From NCBI GenBank assembly GCA_032718475.1, contig JAUCBJ010002302.1, forward strand, positions 22,655-86,654: DNA of 64,000 bases, given 5' to 3'. Both the position numbers and the translations under genes were made by a program. The notes under the pieces were generated by a model. That model did not search any database and had not been told where the DNA came from. It was given only the letters and a program-made list of their open reading frames with translations. Source of the DNA: Nemertoderma westbladi (taxonomy: Eukaryota > Animalia > Xenacoelomorpha). Positions within the stretch are counted from its first letter, which is position 1; each line of letters starts with the position of its first letter. This document shows positions 29,001 through 44,000 of this stretch, piece after piece.

Positions 29001-32000
29001 ATGAATACTAGAGGTCTCGCTACGGACCTAATGAATACTAGAGGTCTCGCTACGGACCTAATGAATACTAGAGGTCTCGCTACGGACCTAATGAATACTA
29101 GAGGTCTCGCTACGGACCTAATGAATACTAGAGGTCTCGCTACGGACCTAATGAATACTAGAGGTCTCGCTACGGACCTAATGAATACTAGAGGTCTCGC
29201 TACGGACCTAATGAATACTAGAGGTCTCGCTACGGACCTAATGAATACTAGAGGTCTCGCTACGGACCTAATGAATACTAGAGGTCTCGCTACGGGACCT
29301 AATGAATACTAGAGGTCTCGCTACGGGACCTAATGAATACTAGAGGTCTCGCTACGGACCTAATGAATACTAGAGGTCTCGCTACGGACCTAATGAATAC
29401 TAGAGGTCTCGCTACGGACCTAATGAATACTAGAGGTCTCGCTACGGACCTAATGAATACTAGAGGTCTCGCTACGGACCTAATGAATACTAGAGGTCTC
29501 GCTACGGACCTAATGAATACTAGAGGTCTCGCTACGGACCTAATGAATACTAGAGGTCTCGCTACGGACCTAATGAATACTAGAGGTCTCGCTACGGACC
29601 TAATGAATACTAGAGGTCTCGCTACGGACCTAATGAATACTAGAGGTCTCGCTACGGACCTAATGAATACTAGAGGTCTCGCTACGGACCTAATGAATAC
29701 TAGAGGTCTCGCTACGGACCTAATGAATACTAGAGGTCTCGCTACGGACCTAATGAATACTAGAGGTCTCGCTACGGACCTAATGAATACTAGAGGTCTC
29801 GCTACGGACCTAATGAATACTAGAGGTCTCGCTACGGACCTAATGAATACTAGAGGTCTCGCTACGGACCTAATGAATACTAGAGGTCTCGCTACGGACC
29901 TAATGAATACTAGAGGTCTCGCTACGGACCTAATGAATACTAGAGGTCTCGCTACGGACCTAATGAATACTAGAGGTCTCGCTACGGACCTAATGAATAC
30001 TAGAGGTCTCGCTACGGACCTAATGAATACTAGAGGTCTCGCTACGGACCTAATGAATACTAGAGGTCTCGCTACGGACCTAATGAATACTAGAGGTCTC
30101 GCTACGGACCTAATGAATACTAGAGGTCTCGCTACGGACCTAATGAATACTAGAGGTCTCGCTACGGACCTAATGAATACTAGAGGTCTCGCTACGGACC
30201 TAATGAATACTAGAGGTCTCGCTACGGACCTAATGAATACTAGAGGTCTCGCTACGGACCTAATGAATACTAGAGGTCTCGCTACGGACCTAATGAATAC
30301 TAGAGGTCTCGCTACGGACCTAATGAATACTAGAGGTCTCGCTACGGACCTAATGAATACTAGAGGTCTCGCTACGGACCTAATGAATACTAGAGGTCTC
30401 GCTACGGACCTAATGAATACTAGAGGTCTCGCTACGGACCTAATGAATACTAGAGGTCTCGCTACGGACCTAATGAATACTAGAGGTCTCGCTACGGACC
30501 TAATGAATACTAGAGGTCTCGCTACGGACCTAATGAATACTAGAGGTCTCGCTACGGACCTAATGAATACTAGAGGTCTCGCTACGGACCTAATGAATAC
30601 TAGAGGTCTCGCTACGGACCTAATGAATACTAGAGGTCTCGCTACGGACCTAATGAATACTAGAGGTCTCGCTACGGACCTAATGAATACTAGAGGTCTC
30701 GCTACGGACCTAATGAATACTAGAGGTCTCGCTACGGACCTAATGAATACTAGAGGTCTCGCTACGGACCTAATGAATACTAGAGGTCTCGCTACGGACC
30801 TAATGAATACTAGAGGTCTCGCTACGGACCTAATGAATACTAGAGGTCTCGCTACGGACCTAATGAATACTAGAGGTCTCGCTACGGACCTAATGAATAC
30901 TAGAGGTCTCGCTACGGACCTAATGAATACTAGAGGTCTCGCTACGGACCTAATGAATACTAGAGGTCTCGCTACGGACCTAATGAATACTAGAGGTCTC
31001 GCTACGGACCTAATGAATACTAGAGGTCTCGCTACGGACCTAATGAATACTAGAGGTCTCGCTACGGACCTAATGAATACTAGAGGTCTCGCTACGGACC
31101 TAATGAATACTAGAGGTCTCGCTACGGACCTAATGAATACTAGAGGTCTCGCTACGGACCTAATGAATACTAGAGGTCTCGCTACGGACCTAATGAATAC
31201 TAGAGGTCTCGCTACGGACCTAATGAATACTAGAGGTCTCGCTACGGACCTAATGAATACTAGAGGTCTCGCTACGGACCTAATGAATACTAGAGGTCTC
31301 GCTACGGACCTAATGAATACTAGAGGTCTCGCTACGGACCTAATGAATACTAGAGGTCTCGCTACGGACCTAATGAATACTAGAGGTCTCGCTACGGACC
31401 TAATGAATACTAGAGGTCTCGCTACGGACCTAATGAATACTAGAGGTCTCGCTACGGACCTAATGAATACTAGAGGTCTCGCTACGGACCTAATGAATAC
31501 TAGAGGTCTCGCTACGGACCTAATGAATACTAGAGGTCTCGCTACGGGACCTAATGAATACTAGAGGTCTCGCTACGGACCTAATGAATACTAGAGGTCT
31601 CGCTACGGACCTAATGAATACTAGAGGTCTCGCTACGGACCTAATGAATACTAGAGGTCTCGCTACGGACCTAATGAATACTAGAGGTCTCGCTACGGAC
31701 CTAATGAATACTAGAGGTCTCGCTACGGACCTAATGAATACTAGAGGTCTCGCTACGGACCTAATGAATACTAGAGGTCTCGCTACGGACCTAATGAATA
31801 CTAGAGGTCTCGCTACGGACCTAATGAATACTAGAGGTCTCGCTACGGACCTAATGAATACTAGAGGTCTCGCTACGGACCTAATGAATACTAGAGGTCT
31901 CGCTACGGACCTAATGAATACTAGAGGTCTCGCTACGGACCTAATGAATACTAGAGGTCTCGCTACGGACCTAATGAATACTAGAGGTCTCGCTACGGGA

Positions 32001-35000
32001 CCTAATGAATACTAGAGGTCTCGCTACGGACCTAATGAATACTAGAGGTCTCGCTACGGACCTAATGAATACTAGAGGTCTCGCTACGGACCTAATGAAT
32101 ACTAGAGGTCTCGCTACGGACCTAATGAATACTAGAGGTCTCGCTACGGACCTAATGAATACTAGAGGTCTCGCTACGGACCTAATGAATACTAGAGGTC
32201 TCGCTACGGACCTAATGAATACTAGAGGTCTCGCTACGGACCTAATGAATACTAGAGGTCTCGCTACGGACCTAATGAATACTAGAGGTCTCGCTACGGG
32301 ACCTAATGAATACTAGAGGTCTCGCTACGGACCTAATGAATACTAGAGGTCTCGCTACGGACCTAATGAATACTAGAGGTCTCGCTACGGACCTAATGAA
32401 TACTAGAGGTCTCGCTACGGGACCTAATGAATACTAGAGGTCTCGCTACGGACCTAATGAATACTAGAGGTCTCGCTACGGACCTAATGAATACTAGAGG
32501 TCTCGCTACGGACCTAATGAATACTAGAGGTCTCGCTACGGACCTAATGAATACTAGAGGTCTCGCTACGGACCTAATGAATACTAGAGGTCTCGCTACG
32601 GACCTAATGAATACTAGAGGTCTCGCTACGGACCTAATGAATACTAGAGGTCTCGCTACGGACCTAATGAATACTAGAGGTCTCGCTACGGACCTAATGA
32701 ATACTAGAGGTCTCGCTACGGACCTAATGAATACTAGAGGTCTCGCTACGGACCTAATGAATACTAGAGGTCTCGCTACGGACCTAATGAATACTAGAGG
32801 TCTCGCTACGGACCTAATGAATACTAGAGGTCTCGCTACGGACCTAATGAATACTAGAGGTCTCGCTACGGACCTAATGAATACTAGAGGTCTCGCTACG
32901 GACCTAATGAATACTAGAGGTCTCGCTACGGACCTAATGAATACTAGAGGTCTCGCTACGGACCTAATGAATACTAGAGGTCTCGCTACGGACCTAATGA
33001 ATACTAGAGGTCTCGCTACGGACCTAATGAATACTAGAGGTCTCGCTACGGACCTAATGAATACTAGAGGTCTCGCTACGGACCTAATGAATACTAGAGG
33101 TCTCGCTACGGACCTAATGAATACTAGAGGTCTCGCTACGGACCTAATGAATACTAGAGGTCTCGCTACGGACCTAATGAATACTAGAGGTCTCGCTACG
33201 GACCTAATGAATACTAGAGGTCTCGCTACGGACCTAATGAATACTAGAGGTCTCGCTACGGACCTAATGAATACTAGAGGTCTCGCTACGGACCTAATGA
33301 ATACTAGAGGTCTCGCTACGGACCTAATGAATACTAGAGGTCTCGCTACGGACCTAATGAATACTAGAGGTCTCGCTACGGGACCTAATGAATACTAGAG
33401 GTCTCGCTACGGACCTAATGAATACTAGAGGTCTCGCTACGGACCTAATGAATACTAGAGGTCTCGCTACGGACCTAATGAATACTAGAGGTCTCGCTAC
33501 GGGACCTAATGAATACTAGAGGTCTCGCTACGGGACCTAATGAATACTAGAGGTCTCGCTACGGACCTAATGAATACTAGAGGTCTCGCTACGGACCTAA
33601 TGAATACTAGAGGTCTCGCTACGGACCTAATGAATACTAGAGGTCTCGCTACGGACCTAATGAATACTAGAGGTCTCGCTACGGACCTAATGAATACTAG
33701 AGGTCTCGCTACGGACCTAATGAATACTAGAGGTCTCGCTACGGACCTAATGAATACTAGAGGTCTCGCTACGGACCTAATGAATACTAGAGGTCTCGCT
33801 ACGGACCTAATGAATACTAGAGGTCTCGCTACGGGACCTAATGAATACTAGAGGTCTCGCTACGGACCTAATGAATACTAGAGGTCTCGCTACGGACCTA
33901 ATGAATACTAGAGGTCTCGCTACGGACCTAATGAATACTAGAGGTCTCGCTACGGACCTAATGAATACTAGAGGTCTCGCTACGGACCTAATGAATACTA
34001 GAGGTCTCGCTACGGACCTAATGAATACTAGAGGTCTCGCTACGGGACCTAATGAATACTAGAGGTCTCGCTACGGACCTAATGAATACTAGAGGTCTCG
34101 CTACGGACCTAATGAATACTAGAGGTCTCGCTACGGACCTAATGAATACTAGAGGTCTCGCTACGGACCTAATGAATACTAGAGGTCTCGCTACGGACCT
34201 AATGAATACTAGAGGTCTCGCTACGGACCTAATGAATACTAGAGGTCTCGCTACGGACCTAATGAATACTAGAGGTCTCGCTACGGACCTAATGAATACT
34301 AGAGGTCTCGCTACGGACCTAATGAATACTAGAGGTCTCGCTACGGACCTAATGAATACTAGAGGTCTCGCTACGGGGACCTAATGAATACTAGAGGTCT
34401 CGCTACGGGGACCTAATGAATACTAGAGGTCTCGCTACGGACCTAATGAATACTAGAGGTCTCGCTACGGACCTAATGAATACTAGAGGTCTCGCTACGG
34501 ACCTAATGAATACTAGAGGTCTCGCTACGGACCTAATGAATACTAGAGGTCTCGCTAAGGGGACCTAATGAATACTAGAGGTCTCGCTAAGGGGACCTAA
34601 TGAATACTAGAGGTCTCGCTACGGGGACCTAATGAATACTAGAGGTCTCGCTACGGACCTAATGAATACTAGAGGTCTCGCTACGGACCTAATGAATACT
34701 AGAGGTCTCGCTACGGACCTAATGAATACTAGAGGTCTCGCTAAGGGGACCTAATGAATACTAGAGGTCTCGCTACGGGGACCTAATGAATACTAGAGGT
34801 CTCGCTACGCGGACCTAAAAAATGCCTCAGATATTGCAACATGTTATTCGTGGTGTAATTAGGTTGGTAAGCATTATTGGTAAGGTATGATATAATGATA
34901 TAATCTCCACATAGCACAGTTGGGATAATTATACCTAACGTTGGCGAGCCTATAAATAGTAAAAGTTGAAAAGCTAGGTAACCAGCCAGGTGTTTTCCAA

Positions 35001-38000
35001 GCAACAGCTCGGCTGTGAATTTATCTAAGCTTCGGTAGAACGAACCAGTTTGGTCATTATAAATTCAGGATGGACCCAAAGGCCTAGAGAGCTGTTAATT
35101 CCTAAATTAGAATTTATTGCTAATCTCAATCGACTATGTTGTGGCATTGTAATGTAGAATTATTAGTTAGTTAGCCGTGGTGTAATTTTTTACAATCCGA
35201 CTATAAATTCGCTTATCGCCACTCCAAAATATAATTTTCATAGATTTTACATTTCTTAGCAATATTCAATAATGTGACGCGTTACATATAATTGAGGTTG
35301 AAGTACATTCAATATGATTTCTAATAGATTCGCATCGTGATTAATCTTACTACCGCTGTGCTGTTTCCGAGTGTCTATCGTATATTTATTTATGTAAGCT
35401 GTTGGCTACCTTGTTGAATATTGATCTCTCTCTAGGTTTGGTTTCAGCGGGCGATTTAACTAGTCTGTTATCTGATGACACTGTCAATGACTTACAAGCG
35501 ATTGTGAAGGAGGTCACCCCCAAGGAAGATGTAAGTCATTAACCCATTATTCAACAGTTGTTGTATAAATATATAAAATAAATCTGAAATCTTGAGTGAC
35601 GTAATTTGTGACAAAATTATATTTATTAATTAATTATATTATAATTGTAGTCCTAATGAATAATAAAAAAGAACTCTCATCGTGGAATAAGTTATTCATT
35701 GTTATTTTTATTTTAGCGTTTGAAAGAAATTCTACGATAATACGCCAATTTTATGTTGACAACATGTACCTCGTTTTTTTTTTTCAATTACGTAAGCCTG
35801 TTCTCGTTCTGTTAAACTGTGTCTGCTCAACTCAAATTATATTCGTGAATTATTTCTGACGACTGTACTGTACCACCCTGCGATACAACCTCGTGAAATA
35901 TTTCTGACGACTGTACTGTACCACACTGCGATACAACTTCGTGAATTATTTCTCACGACTGTACTGTACCACACTGCGATACAACTTCGTGAATTATTTC
36001 TGACGACTGTACTGTACCACCCTGCGATACAACCTCGTGAAATATTTCTGACGACTTTACTGTACCACACTGCGAGACAACTTCGTGAATTATTTCTGAC
36101 GACTGTACTGTACCACACTGCGATACAACTTCGTGAATTATTTCTGACGACTGTACTGTACCACACTGCGATACAACTTCGTGAATTATTTCTGACGACT
36201 GTACTGTACCACACTGCGATACAACCTCGTAAATTATTTCTGACGAATGTACTGTTCCACATTGCGATACAACCTCGTGAATTATTTCTGACGACTGTAC
36301 TGTACCACACCTCGATACAACTTCGTGAATTATTTCGGACGACTGTACTGTACCACACTGCGATACAACCTCGTAAATTATTTCTGACGACTGTACTGTA
36401 CCACACTGCGATACAACCTCGTGAATTATTTCTGACGACTGTACTGTACCACACTGCGATACAACTTCGTGAATTATTTCTGACGACTGTACTGTACCAC
36501 ACTGCGATACAACCTCGTAAATTATTTCTGACGAATGTACTGTTCCACATTGCGATACAACCTCGTGAATTATTTCTGACGAATGTACTGTACCACACTG
36601 CGATACAACCTCGTGAATTATTTCTGACGACTGTACTGTACCACACTGCGATACAACCTCGTGAATTATTTCTGACGAATGTACTGTACCACACTGCGAT
36701 ACAACCTCGTGAATTATTTCTGACGACTGTACTGTACCACACTCTGCGATACAACATCGTGAATTATTTCTGACGAATTTACTGTACCACATTGCGATAC
36801 AACCTCGTGAATTATTTCTGACGACTGTACTGTACCAGACTGCGATACAACCTCGTGAATTATTTCTGACGACTGTTACTGTACCACACTGCGATACAAC
36901 ATCGTGAATTATTTCTGACGAATGTACTGTACCACACTGCGATACAACCTCGTGAATTATTTCTGACGACAGTACTGTACCACACTCCGATACAACGTCG
37001 TGAATTATTTCTGACGACTGTACTGTACCACACTGCGATACAACTTCGTGAATTATTTCTGACGAATGTACTGTACGACACTGCGATACAACCTCGTGAA
37101 TTATTTCTGACGACTGTACTGTACCACACTGCGATACAACCTCGTGAATTATTTCTGACGACTGTACTGTACCACACTGCGATACAACCTCGTGAATTAT
37201 TTCTGACGAATGTACTGTACCACACTGCGATACAACCTCGTGAATTATTTCTGACGACAGTACTGTACCACACTGCGATACAACCTCGTGAATTATTTCT
37301 GACGAATGTACTGTACCACACTCCGATACAACCTCCTAAATTATTTCTGACGACAGCACTGTACCACACTGCGATACAACCTCGTGAATTATTTCTGACG
37401 ACAGCACTGTACCACACTGCGATACAACCTCGTGAATTATTTCTGACGAATGTACTGTACGACACTGCGATACAACTTCGTGAATTATTTCTGACGAATG
37501 TACTGTACCACACTGCGATACAACCTCGTGAATTATTTCTGATGACTGTACTGTACCACACTGCGATACAACCTCGTGAATTATTTCTGACGACTGTACT
37601 GTACCACACTGCGATACAACCTCGTGAATTATTTCTGACGAATGTACTGTACCACACTCCGATACAACCTCCTAACTTATTTCTGACGACAGCACTGTAC
37701 CACACTGCGATACAACCTCGTGAATTATTTCTGACGACAGCACTGTACCACACTGCGATACAACCTCGTGAATTATTTCTGACGAATGTACTGTACCACA
37801 CTCCGATACAACCTCCTAAATTATTTCTGACGACAGCACTGTACCACACTGCGATACAACCTCGTGAATTATTTCTGACGACAGCACTGTACCACACTGC
37901 GATACAACCTCGTGAATTATTTCTGACGAATGTACTGTACGACACTGCGATACAACTTCGTGAATTATTTCTGACGAATGTACTGTACGACACTGCGATA

Positions 38001-41000
38001 CAACCTCGTGAATTATTTCTGACGAATGTACTGTACGACACTGCGATACAACCTCGAGAATTATTTCTGTCGACTGTACTGTACCAGACTGCGATACAAC
38101 CTCGTGAATTATTTCTGACGACTGTACTGTACCACACTGCGATACAACCTCGTGAATTATTTCTGACGAATGTACTGTACCACACTGCGATACAACCTCG
38201 TGAATTATTTCTGACGACAGCACTGTACCACACTGCGATACAACCTCGTGAATTATTTCTGACGACAGTACTGTACCACACTCCGATACAACGTCGTGAA
38301 TTATTTCTGACGACTGTACTGTACCACACTGCGATACAACCTCGTGAATTATTTCTGACGAATGTACTGTACCACACTGCGATACAACCTCGTGAATTAT
38401 TTCTGACGACAGTACTGTACCACACTGCGATACAACCTCGTGAATTATTTCTGACGACTGTACTGTACCACACTGCGATACAACCTCGTGAATTATTTCT
38501 GACGACAGTACTGTACCACACTGCGATACAACCTCGTGAATTATTTCTGACGACTGTACTGTACCACACTGCGATGCAACCTGGTGAATTATTTCTAACG
38601 AATGTACTGTACCACACTGCGATACAACCTCGTGAATTATTTCTGACGACAGCACTGTACCACACTTCGATACAACCTCGTGCATTATTTCTGACGAATG
38701 TACTGTACCACACTCCGATACAACCTCCTAAATTATTTCTGACGACAGCACTGTACCACACTGCGATACAACCTCGTGAATTATTTCTGACGACTGTACT
38801 GTACCACACTCCGATACAACCTCCTAAATTATTTCTGACGACAGCACTGTACCACACTGCGATACAACCTCGTGAATTATTTCTGACGACAGTACTGTAC
38901 CACACTGCGATACAACCTCGTGAATTATTTCTGACGAATGTACTGTACCACACTCCGATACAACCTCGTGAATTATTTCTGACGACTGTTACTGTATCAC
39001 ACTGCGATACAACCTCGTGAATTATTTCTGACGACTGTACTGTACCACATTCCGATACAACCTCGTGAATTATTTCTGACGACTATAGTGTACCACACTG
39101 CGATACAACCTCGTGAATTATTTAAGGACACGGGGGGCGGTTGTCGACTCGCCCTCGCATCAGCAGATAATAGTGGCAATGGTGGTATTGGTCTATTAAT
39201 GAATCCAACTGCACATGCAGCATTGGACAAAATAGACCAAATCTCTAACCGCATCATCCGTTGCCACTTATCATGTTCTGGAAGACTGGCTAAGAAATTT
39301 CCTAAGGTGGTTCTGATTGTGTGCTACTCTCCAACTAGTGTTGCCCCTTTCTTTTCTACCACAATCTACAAGCAGCTATTGATGGAGTGGATCAGCATGC
39401 ATTCTTAACATTCCTGGGAGACTTTAATGCAAGTCTGCATCAATCACATACATCTTCCTGGGTCTATAGCAATAGTGTTAACCGAAATTCCGTCCATCTT
39501 TAGGATTTTATCTCTGGAAATGGATTGTTTTCGGCTGGAACCCAGTTCAAGAAGCGAACTGGAAAGCTATGGACACATAGTGGACCCAGTGGTCACAAGT
39601 CCCAGATAGACCATATTCTGTTTCGTAGGAAATACAGGAGCTCTATACAAGACTGTAATGCATTTACACTTCGACCCTTCTCCAGTGATCACCGCCTTAT
39701 TGTGGCCAAGGTAAGACTTAGTCTGCGTGCTACCAGAACAACGAAATCTGCCTTGTCACGGCATGACTGGTCCTCTCTGTTGCAACAGCCAAGTGTGAGA
39801 TCCAGCTTCACACTGCAGTTGAGCAACAGGTATGAGGTTCTTGCCTCTGAAGCGGCAGATCACTGTGAGGGCTATACTGCCTTCACAGAAGCAGTTAAGT
39901 TAGCAGCTGCAGAAACAGTTCCTGTATACCTTAGAAACACGAAAAGGGTCTCCTAGGACAGACAACAAAATTCATAAGTGCCGAAATGACCTATATAAGG
40001 CGCAGAAAGAGTCGCGACTCAAACAGACTACAGCGGCCAAGAATGCAGTTAAGGCTGCATCTAGGTCCCTGAACAGGCAGTACTCTGTTAATCTACAGGA
40101 GCTAATAAACCAACAGGTTGATGCCATCAATGATGCTGACGACAGCAGGCAATCATCCCAGGCATGGAAATCGATCAACTTGCTTACTGGTCGGAAAGCC
40201 AACCAACCACCAAGGTTAAGGCTGAATCACCAGCCGATCGCCTCAATGGTTGGAAGGCCCACTTTGAAAAGCTCATCAATAAATGACAGGGTATTGCCTG
40301 ATAACTTTATAGAAGTAAAAGTGTCTGAGTCTGTACTCCCAGATATTCCCATTGGCGATATCTCCGTTGCAGAAGTGAAGGCTGCTGCAAAGAGCATTAA
40401 GACCAATCGTGCCAGTGGAGTAGATGGTGTTCCCCCTGAGGTCTTTAAAATACCTGAGTGTTTAAAGCTCATCTATCCCATCATAGTAGACATGTACCGA
40501 ACAACAAGAGTCCCACAAGAAAGGAAAACAAATAAGTTGGTGCCAGTTCCCAAGAAGGGCAACCTAACACTCTTTGGTTCTTTTCGGGGAATCTCATTGA
40601 TCTCGATTGCTGCAAAGCTATACAATAGAATTATATTAAATCGCATCAGGGATCCCATTGAGAGACTGCTCCGTGGAAATCAGAATGGGTTCCGTAAAGG
40701 TCGTGGGACCATGGAGCCCATTTTGGCACTTAGAAGGATAATTGAAGAGTTATCCAAAAAGAAAGACAGGCATCTGGCTGTTATCTTTGTTGACATCTTC
40801 AAGGCCTTTGATTCAGTCTCTCGCTCACGTATGTTCAGCATACTTTCAATATATGGGATCCCTGATGAAATTATTGCAGCAATCAGATCAGTATACGATG
40901 GTTCGACAACATTTGTGTCTATACTGTTGACGGTGACACAGAACCATTTGAAGTGTTATGAGGCGTCCTCCAAGGAGACACACTTGCACCATTCTTGTTC

Positions 41001-44000
41001 ATTATTGTGGTTGACTATGTTCTACGCATGTCCTTAGATCATCATAATGATGATGGGGGTGATGATAACTCCACCTACTGACTCCAGACGTCGAGGAAAT
41101 CCTGCCAAGTACCTAACTGATCTAGACTTTGCTGATGACTTAGGAGTACTCTCAGAATCACTAGAGGGAGCCCAACGGCTCCTCAGCTCATTATAACATG
41201 CTGCTTCTAGTGTTGGTCTTTTTATTAACTCCAGAAAAACCAAAATTTTGACAGTTAACTTTGAAAGTCCTCAGCAAGTCTCTGATCGGACCTTGAATAG
41301 GCTTTCCAGGATTTGGAAGTCACCGAGAATTAATCGGAAACTTAAGGTCCGATTATTTAGAGCAGCAGTAGTTCCAGTACTCCTCTATGGGAGCCCATAC
41401 TGGGCTCTAACTGCTGAGGACACCAAATCTCTGGATGGCACATTCACAAGAATGCTACGCCGGGTTCATTGTGTCAAGTACAATGCACACATCTCCAACC
41501 AGACACTATGTAACATTGGAGGTGTCTCATTGGTTCCCCCAAGCTTGACACTAGAACAAAATCGCCTCCGCTTTGCAGGACATTGCTTTCGCCGTGAGGA
41601 CCAGCCAGTGCATTATCTTGTACTTTGGCAGCCTCATGGAGTGAATAAGCATGGTGGACAGCCCATGACTTTCTTGAGACGCATCTTAAAGGACACTGGC
41701 CTTGAAGATGCGGATGATCTAGCAAATGTCATGGGTGATAGGGAGTAGTGGCGGCGCAATTTTGTCGACAAGCATTCTTAAAAATGCAGCTGCAATGCAT
41801 CATGCCGATCCTAGTAGGATTAGTGAATTATTTCTGACGACTGTACTGTACCACACTGAGATACAACCTCGTGAATTATTTCTGACGACTGTACTGTGCC
41901 ACACTGCGATACAACCTCGTGAATTATTTCTGACGACTGTTACTGTACCACATGCGATACAACCTCGTGAATTATTTCTGACGACTGTACTGTGCCACAC
42001 TGCGATATAACCTCGTGAATTATTTCTGACGACTGTACTGTACCACACTGCGATGCAACCTGGTGAATTATTTCTAACGAATGTACTGTACCACACTGCG
42101 ATGCAACCTGGTGAATTATTTCTAACGAATGTACTGTACCACACTCCGATACAACCTCCTGAATTATTTCTGACGACTGTACTGTACCACACTGCGATAC
42201 AACCTCGTGAATTATTTCTAACGAATGTACTGTACCACACTCCGATACAACCTGCTCCTTTTTACCTTGATCGATAATTAAAATTATATGGAGTCGAATC
42301 AAACTTATGGCGGCCATTTACTGATTTTTGAGTGGTAACTATTTGTCAGGATAACTTAACTGTTTCATTTTCGCAAGTTCTTTCACAAGAAGCTTGTAGT
42401 AGGGTTAATATGTACATAAAAGTGGCCGAAACATGCCAATAAGTGAGACTAGACCATCATGGTGTAAATACATTTCTACTAAATGAAATTTTATGAAATA
42501 GAATGTTACAGGTAGAAATTTTCATTAGGAATCTGGGATACCATATTTAGTTAACCTTACCTAAAACCTACTTAAAATTTAGATAAATTTTACTGGAAAT
42601 AAACCATAAAAAACTACGGAAATCATGATTCTTTTTGACAAAAAGTGCAATTAGATAAGGAGCTCTAGTTTCTATCAGGTGACAATAATTTTGTCAGTAA
42701 ATAAATTTGTCATGTTATGTTACCAAATGAATGCTTGAAAATTTGTATATAAATTTAATGATATCTGTCGACGTAGTTAACAAACATGAGATCCCGGAAG
42801 ACTTATTTTCTACTATACAGTATACACCCCTAAATTGTCCCCAATGTAAAAACCCAACTTAATAAAGTAAGCTGCAATACTCAGCTACTGCAATAGGCTG
42901 ATAAGACTGTGTTGCTTGCATACCGGTCAGGCAATCTGCCGAGTTTTGAATTGTGAACATCATTTTATCAATAAAATCGGGATCGGAACCGGGATTATCA
43001 CACTCGGAATCCCGATTTTCCCGAGTACTGTACATGTACAAGGCAGTCTAGACAGGGGTGCCCTGTTAATGTTAGGGATTAAATTCAATGTTATTGAGTT
43101 TATTGTTTTTTCCTTAAAGTTTTTTCCTTTTAACTTTTGATTAAAATACTGTTTACTGTAGTATATAGTAAATACTGTAGTAGAGTTGAGTATTACATAG
43201 AGGATAGCGCGGCCTTGGCCTTAATTAAATGTCGCTGATTGATTGATTAGGACATTTCCTTCACAATATGGGTTGTATTTATTGGGCGCGCTGCAAAAAT
43301 TGAAATGTATTCTCTATTCTAATATTCTTGGAGCCGAATTATGGGCCAAACATATGGATGGGGGTGGAGCAGCAGTTTAATTTGTCAATAATGCAGATAT
43401 TATGTGAGTAATTGAAGAGATACGCCTATTCCTACTATTGGAAGAGACGGTAACAATACCTGCAATATCTTACTGTAAAGTTTGTAAATCAAATCATAAA
43501 TCCGACCTTCTCACCAAAACAGTAAACTCTAAGTAAGCGAATATATTGCAGTATCGATCTCTTATAACCGGTGAGGCAGAAAACAGTCTACGAGCAGACA
43601 AACTTCGATAAAACAAAATCCCGCGCAGCGAATCCTAAAATCAGGCTGACTCACTGGCGGACTAAGAGGCTCGTATACTTTGCCGCGGTGTGATTTATAT
43701 GGTTGGGCAAAAGGGACGCTAGCTAGGTACAGAGGCAGATATTTGGAGATGTCTAACTAGCGAGCAAAGTGCAGTAAGGACGAAAGTTAATTTTATATAT
43801 TTTGAGGTGTAAATAATTTCTAACGCGCGTGTGTTAATTCTGAACGGTCAAAGGCAGTTTTGCTCCTTCACAATATATAATTACTGGGTACGGTGTGCAT
43901 TTTACGAATATTCTAATTTTGTAACTTGTAGGTCCAATACTCACGAATGATAAGGTTCCTTCCCCTCTTGCGTATTTCCAGGACTCAAATTCAGGCATAA

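Noticed and set aside
25276-34384. (MNTRGLATDL)n ORFs, or a CRISPR-like array
   Set aside because: Pure 30 bp satellite with frequent frame-breaking indels; no unique spacers and no cas genes
35837-39020. Long repetitive ORFs on both strands
   Set aside because: 48 bp satellite artefacts
43321-43409. BEL target site GTGAGT looks like a splice donor, suggesting a hidden exon or donor targeting
   Set aside because: No upstream exon with a phase compatible with exons 14 and 15 (in-frame TAA in phase 0); a single site cannot show targeting
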